A DNA stretch of 64,000 bases from the human T2T-CHM13v2.0 reference genome, Homo sapiens. The position numbers were made by a program, and so were the translations under genes. Positions within the stretch are counted from its first letter, which is position 1, and the number at the start of each line of letters is the position of its first letter. This document shows positions 28,907-44,404 of this stretch, in pieces. The stretch lies in the NCBI RefSeq assembly GCF_009914755.1, contig NC_060931.1, one strand, 5' to 3'. The notes beneath the pieces are model-generated. The model had not been told where the DNA came from. It ran no database searches and saw only the letters and a program-made list of their open reading frames with translations.

Positions 28907-31900
28907 CATATTTTATTTTTTTTTATCTGAATCCCATGTATCTATTTTACTAAGTAGCCCAGCCAGATAAGAGTAAGCCTTACTAACAAGAATTCTGTAA
29001 AAAGTCTTCCTACCTTTGCTTTCAGAACCATGGGACCCAATTACCAATTTTCTGTTTGTAACGATACTTACATGGGTTAATAAAAAATACAATATTCACA
29101 GAATGATTGGGAGTGGAATAAGAATCACATATTATTCCCCAAAAAGAGTTAGACAAATTTAAGTTATATTGAAAACAAGCAATAAACAATACAGGTGGAT
29201 CTGATAAAAATCTTAATCCAGGTTCACTAGAAAATTTGATGAAAACATGATCTGGGTGAGAACTTGCTCTTGTTCTCCATTGTTTACTGGCCTTCCTCTG
29301 TCTGGCCACATCCTGCAACATAGAAGTCACTTCCTTGAATCAGAGTTTCAGACAAGTCTTAAGTCGAACCTTTGATAGCTTCAAGTTCTCCTTATTAGCT
29401 TGTATGAGCTGTATACATTTTTAAGTCTTAAAATATTCTTGGTTCTCTGCTTTTATGCTATAAGGCATCTCAGCTGTGAATCAACAATGGAGAAATAGCT
29501 GCTGGGTTTAATTGGACCCAATAGTCTTTTCTGATGGCAAAAATGTAATGAGTTCCATGATGTTTGCTGTGATAGAGCACTCCTTTCTGTTCCATTTCCA
29601 TGTGGCCTTGTGCCAGCATAATGAATGCCTCACACATAGTAGTTTCTCAATTTGTGTGTGCAGATTCAATAACAAATGAATGCTCAAATGAAATCTCAAT
29701 AAGATAAATGGCGTGTTTGAACTTCTCATGTAACACATATATAGTTAACACAAAATTATTTTAATGATAACTATTCAGATAGTGTAGGCACATTTTGAAT
29801 TATCCAGAAAATTGACTTTTTAATTCCTATAAGTGAGTGTTGGTTATTGCCTAAATTTGAGAATTTCAGGAATTCTGTGGATAGCAAATGATTAGAAATT
29901 AAGATCCATAAATCACTTTTTTTGTGGGAAATGGGGACCAGTTCTGGTAGCTGAATAAAGAAAATTCCAACAGATTCTGTCAGTTTCCCAGATTTCTTAA
30001 GAATCTGAAATGAACTTGCAAGTTTGAATGAAAATGTCCCCAAAGTAGTGAAAATAAAAGCTCTCATGGGCATCCTGGTTTGGAAAAATATTATAAACAT
30101 TTTATGTAGCTCAATTTAACTTTCCTACATTATCGTCATTCTGCAAATGCACCGTTACATAGGCCACTGTTCTGTATGGTGTTTCAGGTAGTTCTGTTTC
30201 ACAGTGGGTGGATATGACTACACAGTTCCACATTAATATATTTAGACCTAATGTAGGGAATATGGAGGTCTGCGCTATATATGGCTCGTAAATCAATAAC
30301 AAATGAGTCCACATTTATGCACTATTTACAGTGAAGTTTTGTATATTCTGCATCCAAATAATTGCACTTATTATGTTCCATATTTTAAAGAAAAATCACA
30401 TCTTTTCTGCTGTAGAAAATGGCTAAGTAGATAACGGATTTCTGAACTAAACATAATATGTAGCCTCAAAGTTAAAGCAATACGCTTGCATTGCACTCGG
30501 ATAACCACTAGGACCTCAGAGCATGAGAGTTCTAATCAATTTTGTTTCATATGATTTGTTCATCATTAATCTAAAAATGTATTACTACCCAACACTTACA
30601 TAACCATACCATAAATATGAAAAAGTAAAATCACTACATCTAACAATTGATGGAAATATATATGTGTATCCAAGCTTTAAATCAATATAGATTCTCTACA
30701 AGCAAATTCAAATATTTTCTTTTGCATCTTTCTAGTATTAAAATACGTTTTACACAAGATTTGAATATATTTTCCTTTCTTAGCCACGTAGTTGGTATTT
30801 TGCAAGGTCAGTCAGCCTAGCTGAGAGTCGAATTAGTTTGAGCAGATCATACTTGGACGATCCAATGCACTTGTAATTCTGCTCCTTGAGCTTAGAGCCT
30901 CTTTTAATATTATCATTTTTATATATTATAATTGTACATCTTTTCATTTTAAATGTAATGGCATTAGCAGTGGGATACTAGATACGTGAAGCCAAATGAT
31001 AAGTGTGCTTAACATCATTTGCAGAATTTGTAGATGTTTAGAGAGGCTAGGGAAGAATTATATTTATATTCAGAGAAGTAGATCTATATTTGGCCTGAAT
31101 TTTCAACATTTGAGATTTAAAGAAATGTTGAGCCTACACCTTAATCATGAGAGTTGTCCGTGATCTAGCATCTCTGAAGGAACGTCTACAGGCTCTGTGG
31201 GGAAAAATTTCTCTGGCAGGGTCAGGGAAAGAAAAGGCTTCAACTCCTTTCAGTTAATGCCCAAGGTGCCCATAGACAATTCTAGAAGCACAAGAGTGGA
31301 AAGAGGTCACTGGGTAATGAGTAAAACTGTTCTAAGGGGCATGTCTCATTAGGTGATGTCTAGGCAGAATGTATAAAAAGATAAAAAGTCCTTGAATTAT
31401 CTCATGCTTTTCTGGCTTTTTTCTTGCCTCTTTTCCCTTCTTCTTTTCCTTTCTTCTTTTCCTATTTTTTCCTTTCTACTATAAAAACTTCAAAACAGCC
31501 CACTTCTATCTTTCCTGTCCCTCAGGAAACCAAATAACTCATTGGATGTTTGAGTTGAATTTGATCTAAACCATCTCTTGATTTCCAGGGTGACAATATT
31601 CTTCTTTCTTTCTTGGATATTGTGGTTTACTGAAGAAAATTAATCTCAATAAACGCCCCTGGATTTAAACTATTTTTATCACAGTCTACTTCTATTCAGT
31701 TTATGTTCTTTCCACCTGCAACTAAAATTATGCAAACCTTAGGCATTTGTTTTTGTGATACAATTTATCTCCGAATACCTATTTTGTATGTTTTTCCCCC
31801 CATTTTTCTATTCAATTCAGTAATCCACAATGGGATACAGTCTCCTGGGTCCCACAGGTTTGTCTCAAGTATTGTTTTGTTCTTCCAAAAATAACATCTT

Positions 31901-33032
31901 TAAAAATCATATTTACATTTTGATTACTTCTGTCTTGTAGAATAAAAGATTTCAGGATTGTGTCCACCGTACAAAAATCAGAAATTTATTTTTAGTAAGA
32001 GCCATCTGTCAGTCAGAATCTGACCTAGCTAACTGGGTGGATGGCCGAGGTCATTTTAATGTAGTTGGCTAGTAAAACCCTCTCTACTCTCTAAAGAGGC
32101 CTAGGTTGGAATGGACTCTCCATGATTGGGATAAAGATTAAAATGGAGTGTTTGGAGATTCTGAGTGCTAAATCAATATTTCTGCACAATGTATTTCAAT
32201 ATATTTCAGGACTTCTGTGTAGATATTATTTCAGTTTCAAAGTGCATTTATTTTTTTTTATTTTATTAACCTACTTTTCCAAATAAACTATTTGTTTCTG
32301 AATATTTATATATATATTTCATTTATATAATATAAATATAAATATATATTTCATTTTCCCCAAAACATATACTTACCACTCATCTTGGAACAATTTTGAG
32401 AACATTTGCCAGAATTTTCCAGAATCCCTTCTTATTTTATTTATTTATTTGTATTTTTTTTTTTTACCATGGTCTACCTCCCTCCATATATTCCTTTATG
32501 TGTCTTGCCAAACAGGGAAGGAGAATGCTGTTGTTCTTCACATGATTTGAGCTTTAGCATTGGAGGGAGTTGGCATTCTATGCTGTTATATTTCCTGTGT
32601 TATATACAATACTCTGTTATTGCCCAAAGAATCATTATTGATTTTAAATGAACTGTAAATCATCAATCGATCTGAAAATAGCACAGACTTAGTTACAATC
32701 ATGAAAATAACACATCTTTAAAAAAAACTAAGATCAGTTTTATGTTAATTGTATTTTATTTAAGAATTATAGTGTATTATTAAATAAGCAAAGGAAAAAT
32801 AAAAGTAGACCTGACTGTATCTAGATTTTGAAGAAAGATGTTGGCATTTATATCCAGGTAGAAGTGTATTGCTCAATCTGATGCTGCTTCTCATCTCTAC
32901 TTATCACTGTAACCAGAGGGCCAGGTTTAAGACTTAACTGCCACCAGCTTAGGTGTGGGTAACTCACTTGTGTTCTCTGGAGCTTAGATCCCTAACCTGT
33001 AAATTTGGCTTGAAACATATGCCTGAGCACGA

Positions 33033-33045
33033 GCGCGCACGCGCG

Positions 33046-33080
<35 letters not shown>

Positions 33081-33084
33081 GTAC
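33033..33084. repeat. (CG)n(CA)n alternating purine-pyrimidine tract
   Basis: gcgcgcacgcgcgcgcgcgcgcacacacac...acgtac. Confidence 0.95.
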
Positions 33085-33309
33085 TTACATATAAACAAAT
33101 ATGTATATGCTATATATTTGTGTGAAGATACATATATAATTTATTTTTCTGCAGACTGGATGTCAAAAAAAGCACATATTTGAAATATTTTGAACTTTTG
33201 GATAACAAATTTACATGATGATGTGATTCTAATATATTGGGTATGTTTTCTAGCTGTTCTTAGCTTGCTGGGTTCAGGTTTCTAACAGGTCACCTGGCAA
33301 TGCAGTGAT

Positions 33310-34100
33310 TAGAAGAAACTTCATGGAAGAGATGGGGCTAGTGTCTTAAAGGGAGAAGATATGAATTGGTAGAACAGAGGAAATTCAGTTCAAACATAGA
33401 AAAAGGAAGCCCTGCATTAAAATTTGTTACAGTACATCTTGAGGATGAGAAGAGACCTATTTCAATGAATGAAGTGGTTTTCATTTGGAAATAGGCAGAA
33501 AAAAATATAGAGTGCAGAGGCCTTTAGGATCAGTCTGTGTTAACTATTAGTTTTCGGGAGGCAGAGCCAGCCATTGAGTGGTTTGGACAGGATGGTATAA
33601 TGATGAAATTGAAGTTTGGGAATGATTATTCTGGCAGTGAATGGTATACAGTCAAGATCTGGGAGACCAAGATTGACAGACTGAAAATCAGTGGGAAACA
33701 GTTGTAGTGATCTAAATAGGAAGTGACAAGAGCCTATATCACAATAGTGACAAGAAAAATGAAAAAGAATGAGTATATCTGAGATAGATGGCAAATGAGT
33801 AACTGACAGTATTTGATCATACTTCCAGTCCTCCCAATACCCCAAAATATCACATATATTTTTGGCCAGGGAGTTGGAGCTAATGATGTTGTCACAGTTT
33901 GACAGCAGACATGAAAAGTAGAAGTCACAGAGAAGCTGAAGAATTTAGTTTTCAACTAAATTTATGATTTTTTATGTTGGGAAATTAAAAATATCCTAAA
34001 GGCACTCTAAATTGAAAGGTGACCCACGTGAAATATCAGGTGAGTTGATATTGATTAGGAAGCTGTCTCTACACAGGTGGTTGTTGAAACCGAAAACGGA
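33310..34100 (-). mobile_element. L2 fragment
   Basis: Purine-rich decayed text (agccattgagtggtttggacagg, gatgaaattgaagtttgggaatgattattctggcag) typical of antisense L2. Confidence 0.65.
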
Positions 34101-35659
34101 ATCAGCTCTCACTGAAATGTGTTTCCCATTAGGCTATCTACTCCTCAGGATAAACCTAGTCATTTGTACTGGTTTCAGATACAGTAAAATATCAACTTCA
34201 CCTTTATTTTTCTCTCTTTTGCCTTTAAGTACAAATGTAAATTTTTTCTTCTTTAGTTACAAGAACAAATTTAGAGTAGGTTGTCAATGTCTATTGCCAA
34301 GTAATTGCAATATTCACCCAAAGAATCTTGTAATATTTTATGCTCATTAGCAATTCCATTTGATATCCAAAATTTCAACAAAAGGAAAATTATACACTTG
34401 TTTATCCAAGCTGAAGGCTTTTGAAGATACTGCAGAATTCATAGCTGCTATGGAAAATAAAGCAGCATAACTAACTCCTGGTATTTATTTTCTCAAAAAA
34501 GAGATTTGATTTTTTTTATTTCTTTTTTGTGTGACTGTAATTATTATCATTATTTTTTACTTTTGGAGAGGCAAGCATTTTGTGCTATGAATTGAACGTA
34601 GAGTTGTACACAGAAAAATATTTGTTTTCATGTTTCCTTTCCCTAAAATGTCTGCTAGAGTACAGATGAAGATTCTACCTAGAATGAAGATAATCTTTTT
34701 TGAAACAATTGGTTAAGATTAAATTGATTTGGTTTAAATAAGACTATATATGGAGAATCTAATAAACATTGAGACAAGTAGATACAACAATAGTTTAAAG
34801 AAGAAAAACTGAATACATCCTATTCAGTACAACCTTAGATAAAATCTCATGAATGAAATTACTTGGCGAGTAGGGCTACAAAAAATAGGGAAATCATAGG
34901 CGCACATGCTCTAGCAACTATGGCTACGCATACACTGCCGCTTCCCAAAATTTTCTATCAATTTTAAACAAAGGTAGAGAATAAAATTATGGATACTATC
35001 TTAGCAAGTTTTCTTATTTTTTTTAAAGTAAGATTGCTAGTGCTGCATGAACTATTTGTTTTCCCCAAACACTTGAGTTGCAAAGAATTTTATTTCATGG
35101 AATAATAGAATCCATTAACTATGATCCTAGAGAAAGAGAAAGTTTTCAATTAGTTAATATAATTATATTTGTTACAAGTCAATCAGCAACAACTCAGTAT
35201 TTGAAAATCCATGTTTTAGTTTCAACTGAACCACTACCTAGTCATGAAATTGAGGAAACGAATTTATCACTAAGGACCTCAGTTGGCACTGTAATATTCA
35301 TTCAGATAGATTATTTTAAAAACAAAATCAGGTCATACATATAAAATGACTGTGAAGACTCTAACTGCTTTGTGAATGTGTTGCTAAGATCATTCTAGTT
35401 TTATTATTTGTCTCATGGAGGATTCCATTATACATATTTTACTTTTAAGTGAGTGATAAAATGTTAAGCTTCCTAATGATTTCTGTGGTCTCTAGCATAG
35501 AGATTTGTTACAAAAAGGGATGCCATATTATCTATGTAATCATTTTACATAATACATGGAGTTGTACTGGATTAATCTCAACCATTTTTAATTTAACTAT
35601 TACTTTGTAGTTGAACTTGAGCTTCCTCTATTCAAAGATTCCAGTAATCATTCTTCTTC

Positions 35660-35664
<5 letters not shown>

Positions 35665-35713
<49 letters not shown>
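35665..35713. repeat. (CA)n microsatellite, about 24 units
   Basis: Pure acacac run. Confidence 0.97.
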
Positions 35714-35714
<1 letters not shown>

Positions 35715-37772
35715 CTTCTGGATTGTATACTAAAAATTTATATATTTTGGATTGAAATTAATTTGTAACCAACAAAGTTTATTATTTAGAGACTGTGATT
35801 CTGCCCAGATTAAGATTTGTGGCGTTATGTTTAAAAGGAAGACAATAATACCTAAATTAGATGGTCAGTGTTAGGATTAAATGAGATAAGGGTCAGAAAG
35901 TGAGTAATATAATGCCCAACTTATAGCAGGTGTTAAATTATTGTATGCATTCTACCGTCCTCCACAAGCACACACGGCCCCTCATAACACAAAATAAGCA
36001 CTGAATATAAAAGCCTCAGAAAGATTAAGTGGTAGGAAAAGTTACTTTTACTCTTTGGTAACCCCAGACAGAGAGTTGGTTTGGGGTTTAGTTAGGAAAG
36101 CATCACAGGTGAGAAACACAAGTTTGAGGCAGTTTTATGGCAGAGTGTGGAGGTTTAGTCTGAGTTTGCGGCTTTTCTTTCCTCATTCATATCTCGTCAA
36201 TTAATTTTCCCCTTTAAGGACCCTTTCAAGCCTGAGAGAAGAGTACAGAATAAATCAAAAGAAAGAGTGGAGAGACAAAAATGAATGCAGAAAGAGGGAT
36301 GCAGGAAACAAAAACCCAGCAAGTAGAAGGGAATAGTGAGAATAAAGAAAACGAGAAAAAGAAAACAAACAAACATGCACACAAACAAAAAACCACCAAG
36401 AGAGGGTGATCCATACCTCACAGTGCTAATTAAGTTCTAAGCTGGTTTGACATTTTTGCCTCCTGGACACCAACACCCTCCAAGCGGGGCCTCTTTGATT
36501 TGGTCTCACATCAGTAGCGGGCTTTGTTATGAGATCTAGGTATTAACCCCACATGTGGAAAGATAGGTTAATTTGACTAAATATATTTTTTAAATTCTCC
36601 GCACCATTGAGTCATCTAAGTGTCACATCTAGTATCTGCCACCTAATGTTATGCTTAGCTTCTCCTCCTTCAAGTAGAGAAATCCAGATAACCAACCCCT
36701 CCCCTCTTCCCCTCTACACACATGTACACACACATGCACACACACAGGAAGGCATGCATGCACAGCACATATTAAACACACAAATGAATAAATAGTAGAG
36801 TCCGTGGATGATTTAGAGACATGTGAAAAGTGAAAGTTTTGGGGGCTCAAGTAATTTAGGAGAGTTTTCTATTAACATGTAGTTTAATGTTGTCTTTCCA
36901 GTTAATGTAGTTATATAATATGTAAATTAAAGATGGTGTCTACTGCCTAAGTAATTATTACAACAAATAGGACCGATTATTGAAGGTGAACTCCTTCCTT
37001 TTCTGTTCTCTACTCAAAACAATACTTTTAAAATTGCTTATTTAGTATTGAAGTAGGAAAAAAATAACGTTGATACAATAAAAGAACTTATTTCTGACTG
37101 GTAGGTGATGATAGGATCTGACAAGGGGGTGTACTTCAGAGAGATTGTCAGGATTCTACACCCTTGTCTGTGCCTAGGAAAACAGCCCAACCTACCTACC
37201 TTTAGTTTTGAATGGAGGCTGCAGGATGTTACTCATCATTGCTTTTAGAACAAACACTTCCCTTTGAACGATGTCACATCACTATTACCATGGCAACAGA
37301 CGCCCTATAAAGATGAGTTATCTATGAATTGTGCTTCTGTTCAATAAACACATCTCTTAAATTCATCAGGAAAAAGGTTTAGTGGAGGCAGTTCTATATA
37401 TTGACATTTCTTATTCTAAACCTCTGTCTGATAATAAATATTCATTTCATTAAAGTGTTTAATTCAGGTGTCTTTCATATTAGCTATATCACATAAATTT
37501 ATAACAGTTTTATGAATTTAAAACAGTTGCTTTATTATAAAAATGATGTATTTACATAATAAATGAGATTATTCTTATGCTAAAAAGCATAAAAAGAAAA
37601 AAGAACTCTATTCTCAGTGTCTAAACATACAGTGAACAATTAATTTATAAAAAATTAAGTTTATCAACTTTATAAACAAATAATTTTATAAACTTTATAA
37701 GTATAGAGTCAAGAATTAGCTTAATGGACCAAAAAAAACCCAAAAAACTTGTTTCAAGTTAATGACTTTTAG

Positions 37773-38120
<348 letters not shown>

Positions 38121-38700
38121 TTTTTCCACCAAAGTAGCACCCTCTGGGAATGAGGTAATGATAACACACCGACAGCAAATTATTTCGTAGAATCATCTCC
38201 TCCTGTCTAAACTGCAATCTACAAAAATACTTTACATAATAGATAAACCTAAGAGGAAAATATAAAGTCCAAAAGGGTAAATTTCTAAAACGAAATTGTA
38301 AATAAAAGAATGGAAATGATTGGATGCCAGAAGAAAGGCAATGAGAATAATTTGTCAGCAAGGAGAATGATTTGATTATAGGTACCAGTGTCATGGCTTT
38401 ATAAAGATGGTTATGATTTCAATAGGTCGCAAAAATTACAATGTATATGATTATATATCTTAAAATAATATGTAATTTTATGTAATTATACAAAAAACGT
38501 TCAGCTTCTATTCTGGACCCTTGAAGAACATAATATTAATATTTTATGGTGATCTATTCATAAAGAAGTTGATGCACCTTTGTAGTTATTCTTCGTCCCA
38601 GGTTGCAGAATGCAAGCTCCCACTGTCAATTACACAAATACTATTGGTTTCACAGTTTGTGAGTGTGTGTAATTTTTAAGCAATTTCTTAGAACCTATAA

Positions 38701-39017
<317 letters not shown>

Positions 39018-39374
39018 CCCAGAACCTGGTATATTAATGAAAATTTTTTTTTTCAAATCTCAGAGGTAAAGACTAGATAAGAAATTGAGTGACCAAAATC
39101 ATATACTTCTCCTAACCTGAAACTGCCAGCCAGTAGTAAATGGTTTATCAACTCATTCCAGCAAGTAAAATACATCAGTTAATACTCTTGCAACGTAAAT
39201 TGGTATATTGTAGCTCATTTGGTATATCTCCCAATATTCCTAATTTTCATTTTTTAGTTCTTGTTAATCAGTCCTCACCAGTCCTAATCAACATTTTATT
39301 TACATTTTACTTATTCGTAACATTAGAAGAAATGTTTGGGTAATATCTGTGCATACAGGATATATTTTCCAAGG

Positions 39375-39590
39375 CAATGTAGCATACTGGCTCTAGAAAC
39401 AGATCTGGAGTTTAATGCCATGTCAATCACTATGTGACCTTTTGCAAGTTACTCACTGTCTTTTATCTTCAGTTTCCTGAATACAATGAAACCATCTACT
39501 GCGCAGTGTTTTTGTGACAATTGAACTCAATAATACTGTAAAGCACTTAGAACAATTTTTAGGACATAATAATTGTTCAGTAAATGTATT
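39375..39590 (+). mobile_element. MIR SINE
   Basis: tgtgaccttttgcaagttactca...cttcagtttcct...tgtaaagcacttagaaca core. Confidence 0.8.
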
Positions 39591-40500
39591 CCACCTCCTC
39601 ATCATCATCATTGGAATTATTGCAGTTATTTTCAACCATTATTCAGATCCTATTGAAAGGTTGAAGGCTTGTAGAAATATATACGGAATGATTTTCACTG
39701 TCGCTCGGAGTAGCAGATTTATGAAATTAATTATCCTTAGCTCCTTGTGCTAATACTGTATTATCCCTTTAGTCATTTTAGCCTGGAATTACACTCTTAA
39801 ATATAACCAAGATCCAGTGGGCTACATCATAAGGAAAAAGTAGAAGTGGTGTTGAGGGGCGTCTCCTGTAGACAAGAACAAGTAAGCTAATTTACTTGAA
39901 TTTGACTTTGAATAGAGGTGAAAACTTCACCAAGAATTTATTGTAAGTGTCCCAGTTTAATAGTGCCCTCAGAAGCCTGTCTAAAGCAAACACAAATCTT
40001 CTCTGGAGGAAAGCACCTTCAATCTAAACTTCAAAGCATGCCTATATATAAAGCTCAACTTACTAGGAGTAAAACAATCAATAATAAAAAATAATGATAA
40101 CTTAAAAACATAAAGAAAAGCAAAAAATTGAGTTAGTCAAAGCAACAGTCACAAGACTCCAACCAAGATTCCTAGTGGGTGCTTCATAAAAATTGACAAG
40201 CTGAATCTAAGACCTAAATGGAAGAGCCAGAGGCTAAGAATTAGAAAAAAAAAAAAAAAAAAAACTCCAGTGAAACAAAAATTTAAAAAGTAGAAAAAGA
40301 AGGAGAGTTTTCTGGATAGTAAAGTGTTTGTGAAGAAAAGGTAAATTAAGGGCATGTATTCATTTTGGATATAGATGATTTTATGTTTTGTATGTGAATG
40401 CATATAGAGGGATATATATGTATGTGTGTGTGTGTATTATATATATATATATATATATCTGTGCATGTGTATACACAAACATACACTCATACTCACATTA

Positions 40501-40818
<318 letters not shown>

Positions 40819-41032
40819 TCAACAGCAGATACAGGAGAATAATAGACCTTGATTGAATAAATAGATATCATGGAATATTATACATACTCATGGTCGAGAA
40901 ATAAAAAACCTTCCAACAGTGACATTACTTAATGTCCATAAACATTTAAATTATTAAAAGTGTTTCTCATTTACTATCTCTTCAATACAATATATTTTAT
41001 TTGCACTGGAAATTTTAAAAAAATATTTTTAA

Positions 41033-41384
<352 letters not shown>

Positions 41385-41714
41385 TTAAGCACAGAGTTGT
41401 GAATAGCATGCATTATTGCATATTGATACACATTCATTGTTACATAATTTTACAGTTAAATAAGTGAGGGTCAGATATTGCCAAAGGAAGAGTTCAAGAG
41501 CTGGTTTCTAACACAGGTCTTATTTTTAAAGCTTGTTTGTGTGTGTGTGTGCGTGTGTGTGTGTGTAATTTTTTTGGTTTCCTAGTAATCGGGAGTTTTG
41601 GAAAATTATGATCTCAGTATGTTCTTAAAAATAGTTTATAGATAATTCCAAGAATAAAAAAAGTTTTTAAATATAATAAGGAATCTTAACCAGGTAAATG
41701 TATGTCTTATTTTT

Positions 41715-42356
41715 TACAAAAACAGTTAAAAGTTAAAAAAGAAAAATAGAAAAAAATTATAAAATAGGGATATAAAGAAAATATTTTTGTACAGCTGTAC
41801 AACGTGTTTGTGTTTTGAGTTAGATTTATTACAAGAGAGTCTGAAAGTTAAAGAATTTAAAAGTTCATAAAGTTACCGTAAGCTAAGGTTAGTTGGATAT
41901 TGAAGAAAAATGTTTTCTACACAACGAGTATAATCTAATTGTATAGTGTTTATAAAGTCTATAGTAGTGCAGGGTAATGTCCTCAGCCTTCACATTCACC
42001 CACCACCCACTCACTGACTCACCCAGAGCAACTTCTAGTCATGTAAGCTCCGTTCATAGTAAGTGCACTATACAAGTGTACCATTTCTTATAATCTTTAA
42101 TGCCATATTTTTACTGTACTATTTTTATGTTTATATATCTTTAGATACACAAATACCATTGTGTTACAATGAACTATAGTAACATGCTGTACAAGTTTGT
42201 TACCTGGGAGCAATAGGCTGTACCATATAGTCTAGGTGCGTAGTGGTGTGTACCATTTAGGTTTGGTTAAGTATGCTATATGATGTTCACATAATGAAAT
42301 TCACCTAACACCACATTTCTCAGAATATTTTCCCACTGTTAAGTGACACATGACCG
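41715..42356 (+). mobile_element. Tigger3/MER7-type TcMar DNA transposon, right part
   Basis: cactcactgactcacccagagcaac, gagcaataggctgtaccatatagtctaggtg, terminal TIR-like gttaagtgacacatgaccg. Confidence 0.85.
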
Positions 42357-43673
42357 CAGTCATGCCCACCAAAATTCAGGACATAAAATTGTTATTGCCA
42401 GTTAGAAAATATTATATTGGAAAAGTCTGAATGCTGTCTAAAACTAAGAATTACAAAATAAATAGCATTCAGGATCTACCTCCTTTAGGTGTGAGATTTT
42501 GTTTTAAACTTTTTTGTTTATATTCATCAGATTTGCAGGATAACATAAATACTCAATTATCCTGAGTCGTTTATATTCACAAAAGAGTTGGTGAATCTTT
42601 TTCATAAGGATGAAAATAGGAATAGACAAAAAAGACATTATACTAAAACAAAAATCTCTGAAACCGTATCAGAAAGAAAGAAAAGAAAGAAAGAAAGAAA
42701 AAGAAGAAATACATGTCTGCTTTGAAAGCACACTTGTTTTGACTTTTGGAAGGTAGAAGCTTTGTTAAGAACTGAGTTGTCTTATTGCTACACCCCATGA
42801 TTAGAGATTAATTGTGGCATATTTCTTCTTGACCCCTTGCTAAAGATTCTTCAGTCTGCAAGTTGGAGCATTACGTCTTTCCTCCAACCCTTACATATTC
42901 TTATTTTTAAGGTATAGTTTTTAAAATATAGTTATTTTCTGTTTTCTTTACTCTTGGTTCAAAAAGCATAATTTAGAAATTGATCGTGCTGATAAGAATA
43001 CAATGGCAAAAGATAAAAAAGCTTTTATTATAGCATTATAATAATGTGTGTTATGTACGAAAAAGAGCAAGACTAGGTTTTTTTGTTCTTTCTGATTTTG
43101 CCAGGTTACCTTACAAATGGTAGTAATTATCCTCTTTTCTTAACTTTAGGCTTTTATGATCTTGCAAAGATATGACAAAAATGGGAAAGTAACTGCTAAT
43201 TGCTATTTTTTTTTTGCAATGTTGGAAAGTACACTGTGACAATGTTTAAAAAAATAAAACAGAGAGTGGAAAAAAATCACCATCATCAAGCAGCCTTTAT
43301 TAACCACTTATTTATAAGGTGATGCCACGGCAGACAGGCAGGCTGGGAGGGAGGATGTAAGATGCATTAGTCACCTGTGCTATGTCCTGTGTACTTATTC
43401 TATCCCAATGAATGTCCACAGCAATTCTAAGAAATTTGAATAATGATACCAATTGAGAGATGAGGAAAGTCAGCTCAGAGGTATAGCAAAATTTCTTATG
43501 TGATACACCTACCAGTGGTAAGTGGTAGAATTGGATTTGACCCAGATGGGTCTGATTTCTGAACACATGCTCTTTCCTTCATATTTCCTGTCATGATGGA
43601 ATGCTTACTTTTTTGAAAGATGCAATTCCCAGATAACTTTTCAGAATATAGAGAAAAGATAATCCCATGAAGC

Positions 43674-43790
43674 TTTTATTTTGAGACAGGGTCTCGCTCT
43701 GCCATCCAAGCTGGAGTGCAGTGGTGCGATCTTGGCTCACTGCAGCCTCCACCTCGACAGGTTCAGGTGATCCTCCTACCTCACCCTCCT
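43674..43790 (-). mobile_element. Truncated AluJ/FRAM right arm
   Basis: gagacagggtctcgctctg...gctcactgcagcctccacctc...gtgatcctcctacctca. Confidence 0.85.
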
Positions 43791-43814
43791 GCCATGGAGC
43801 TTCCTTAAATAATA

Positions 43815-43920
43815 ACAGAGTGATGAAATAATCTGTACAAAAAAAACCCATGACACAAATTACCTATTAACAAACCTGCACACGTACCCCAAACTTAAAA
43901 TAAAAGTTAAAAAATTAAAA
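43815..43920 (+). mobile_element. Short older L1PA 3' end
   Basis: gtgatgaaataatctgtaca...ccatgacac...aacaaacctgcacacgtacccc...aacttaaaataaaagtt. Confidence 0.8.
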
Positions 43921-43968
43921 ATTGATATAGAATCTGTCTATACAATTTAATCTGTCTATACAAGTTAA

Positions 43969-44404
<436 letters not shown>

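Noticed and set aside
29021-29040. REST/RE1-like ttcagaaccatgggacc (also ~45794 and ~63488)
   Set aside because: Only partial matches; the right half-site GGACAG is missing.
43932-43967. 18-bp tandem duplication aatctgtctatacaa(t/g)tt
   Set aside because: Ordinary slippage duplication with no further structure.
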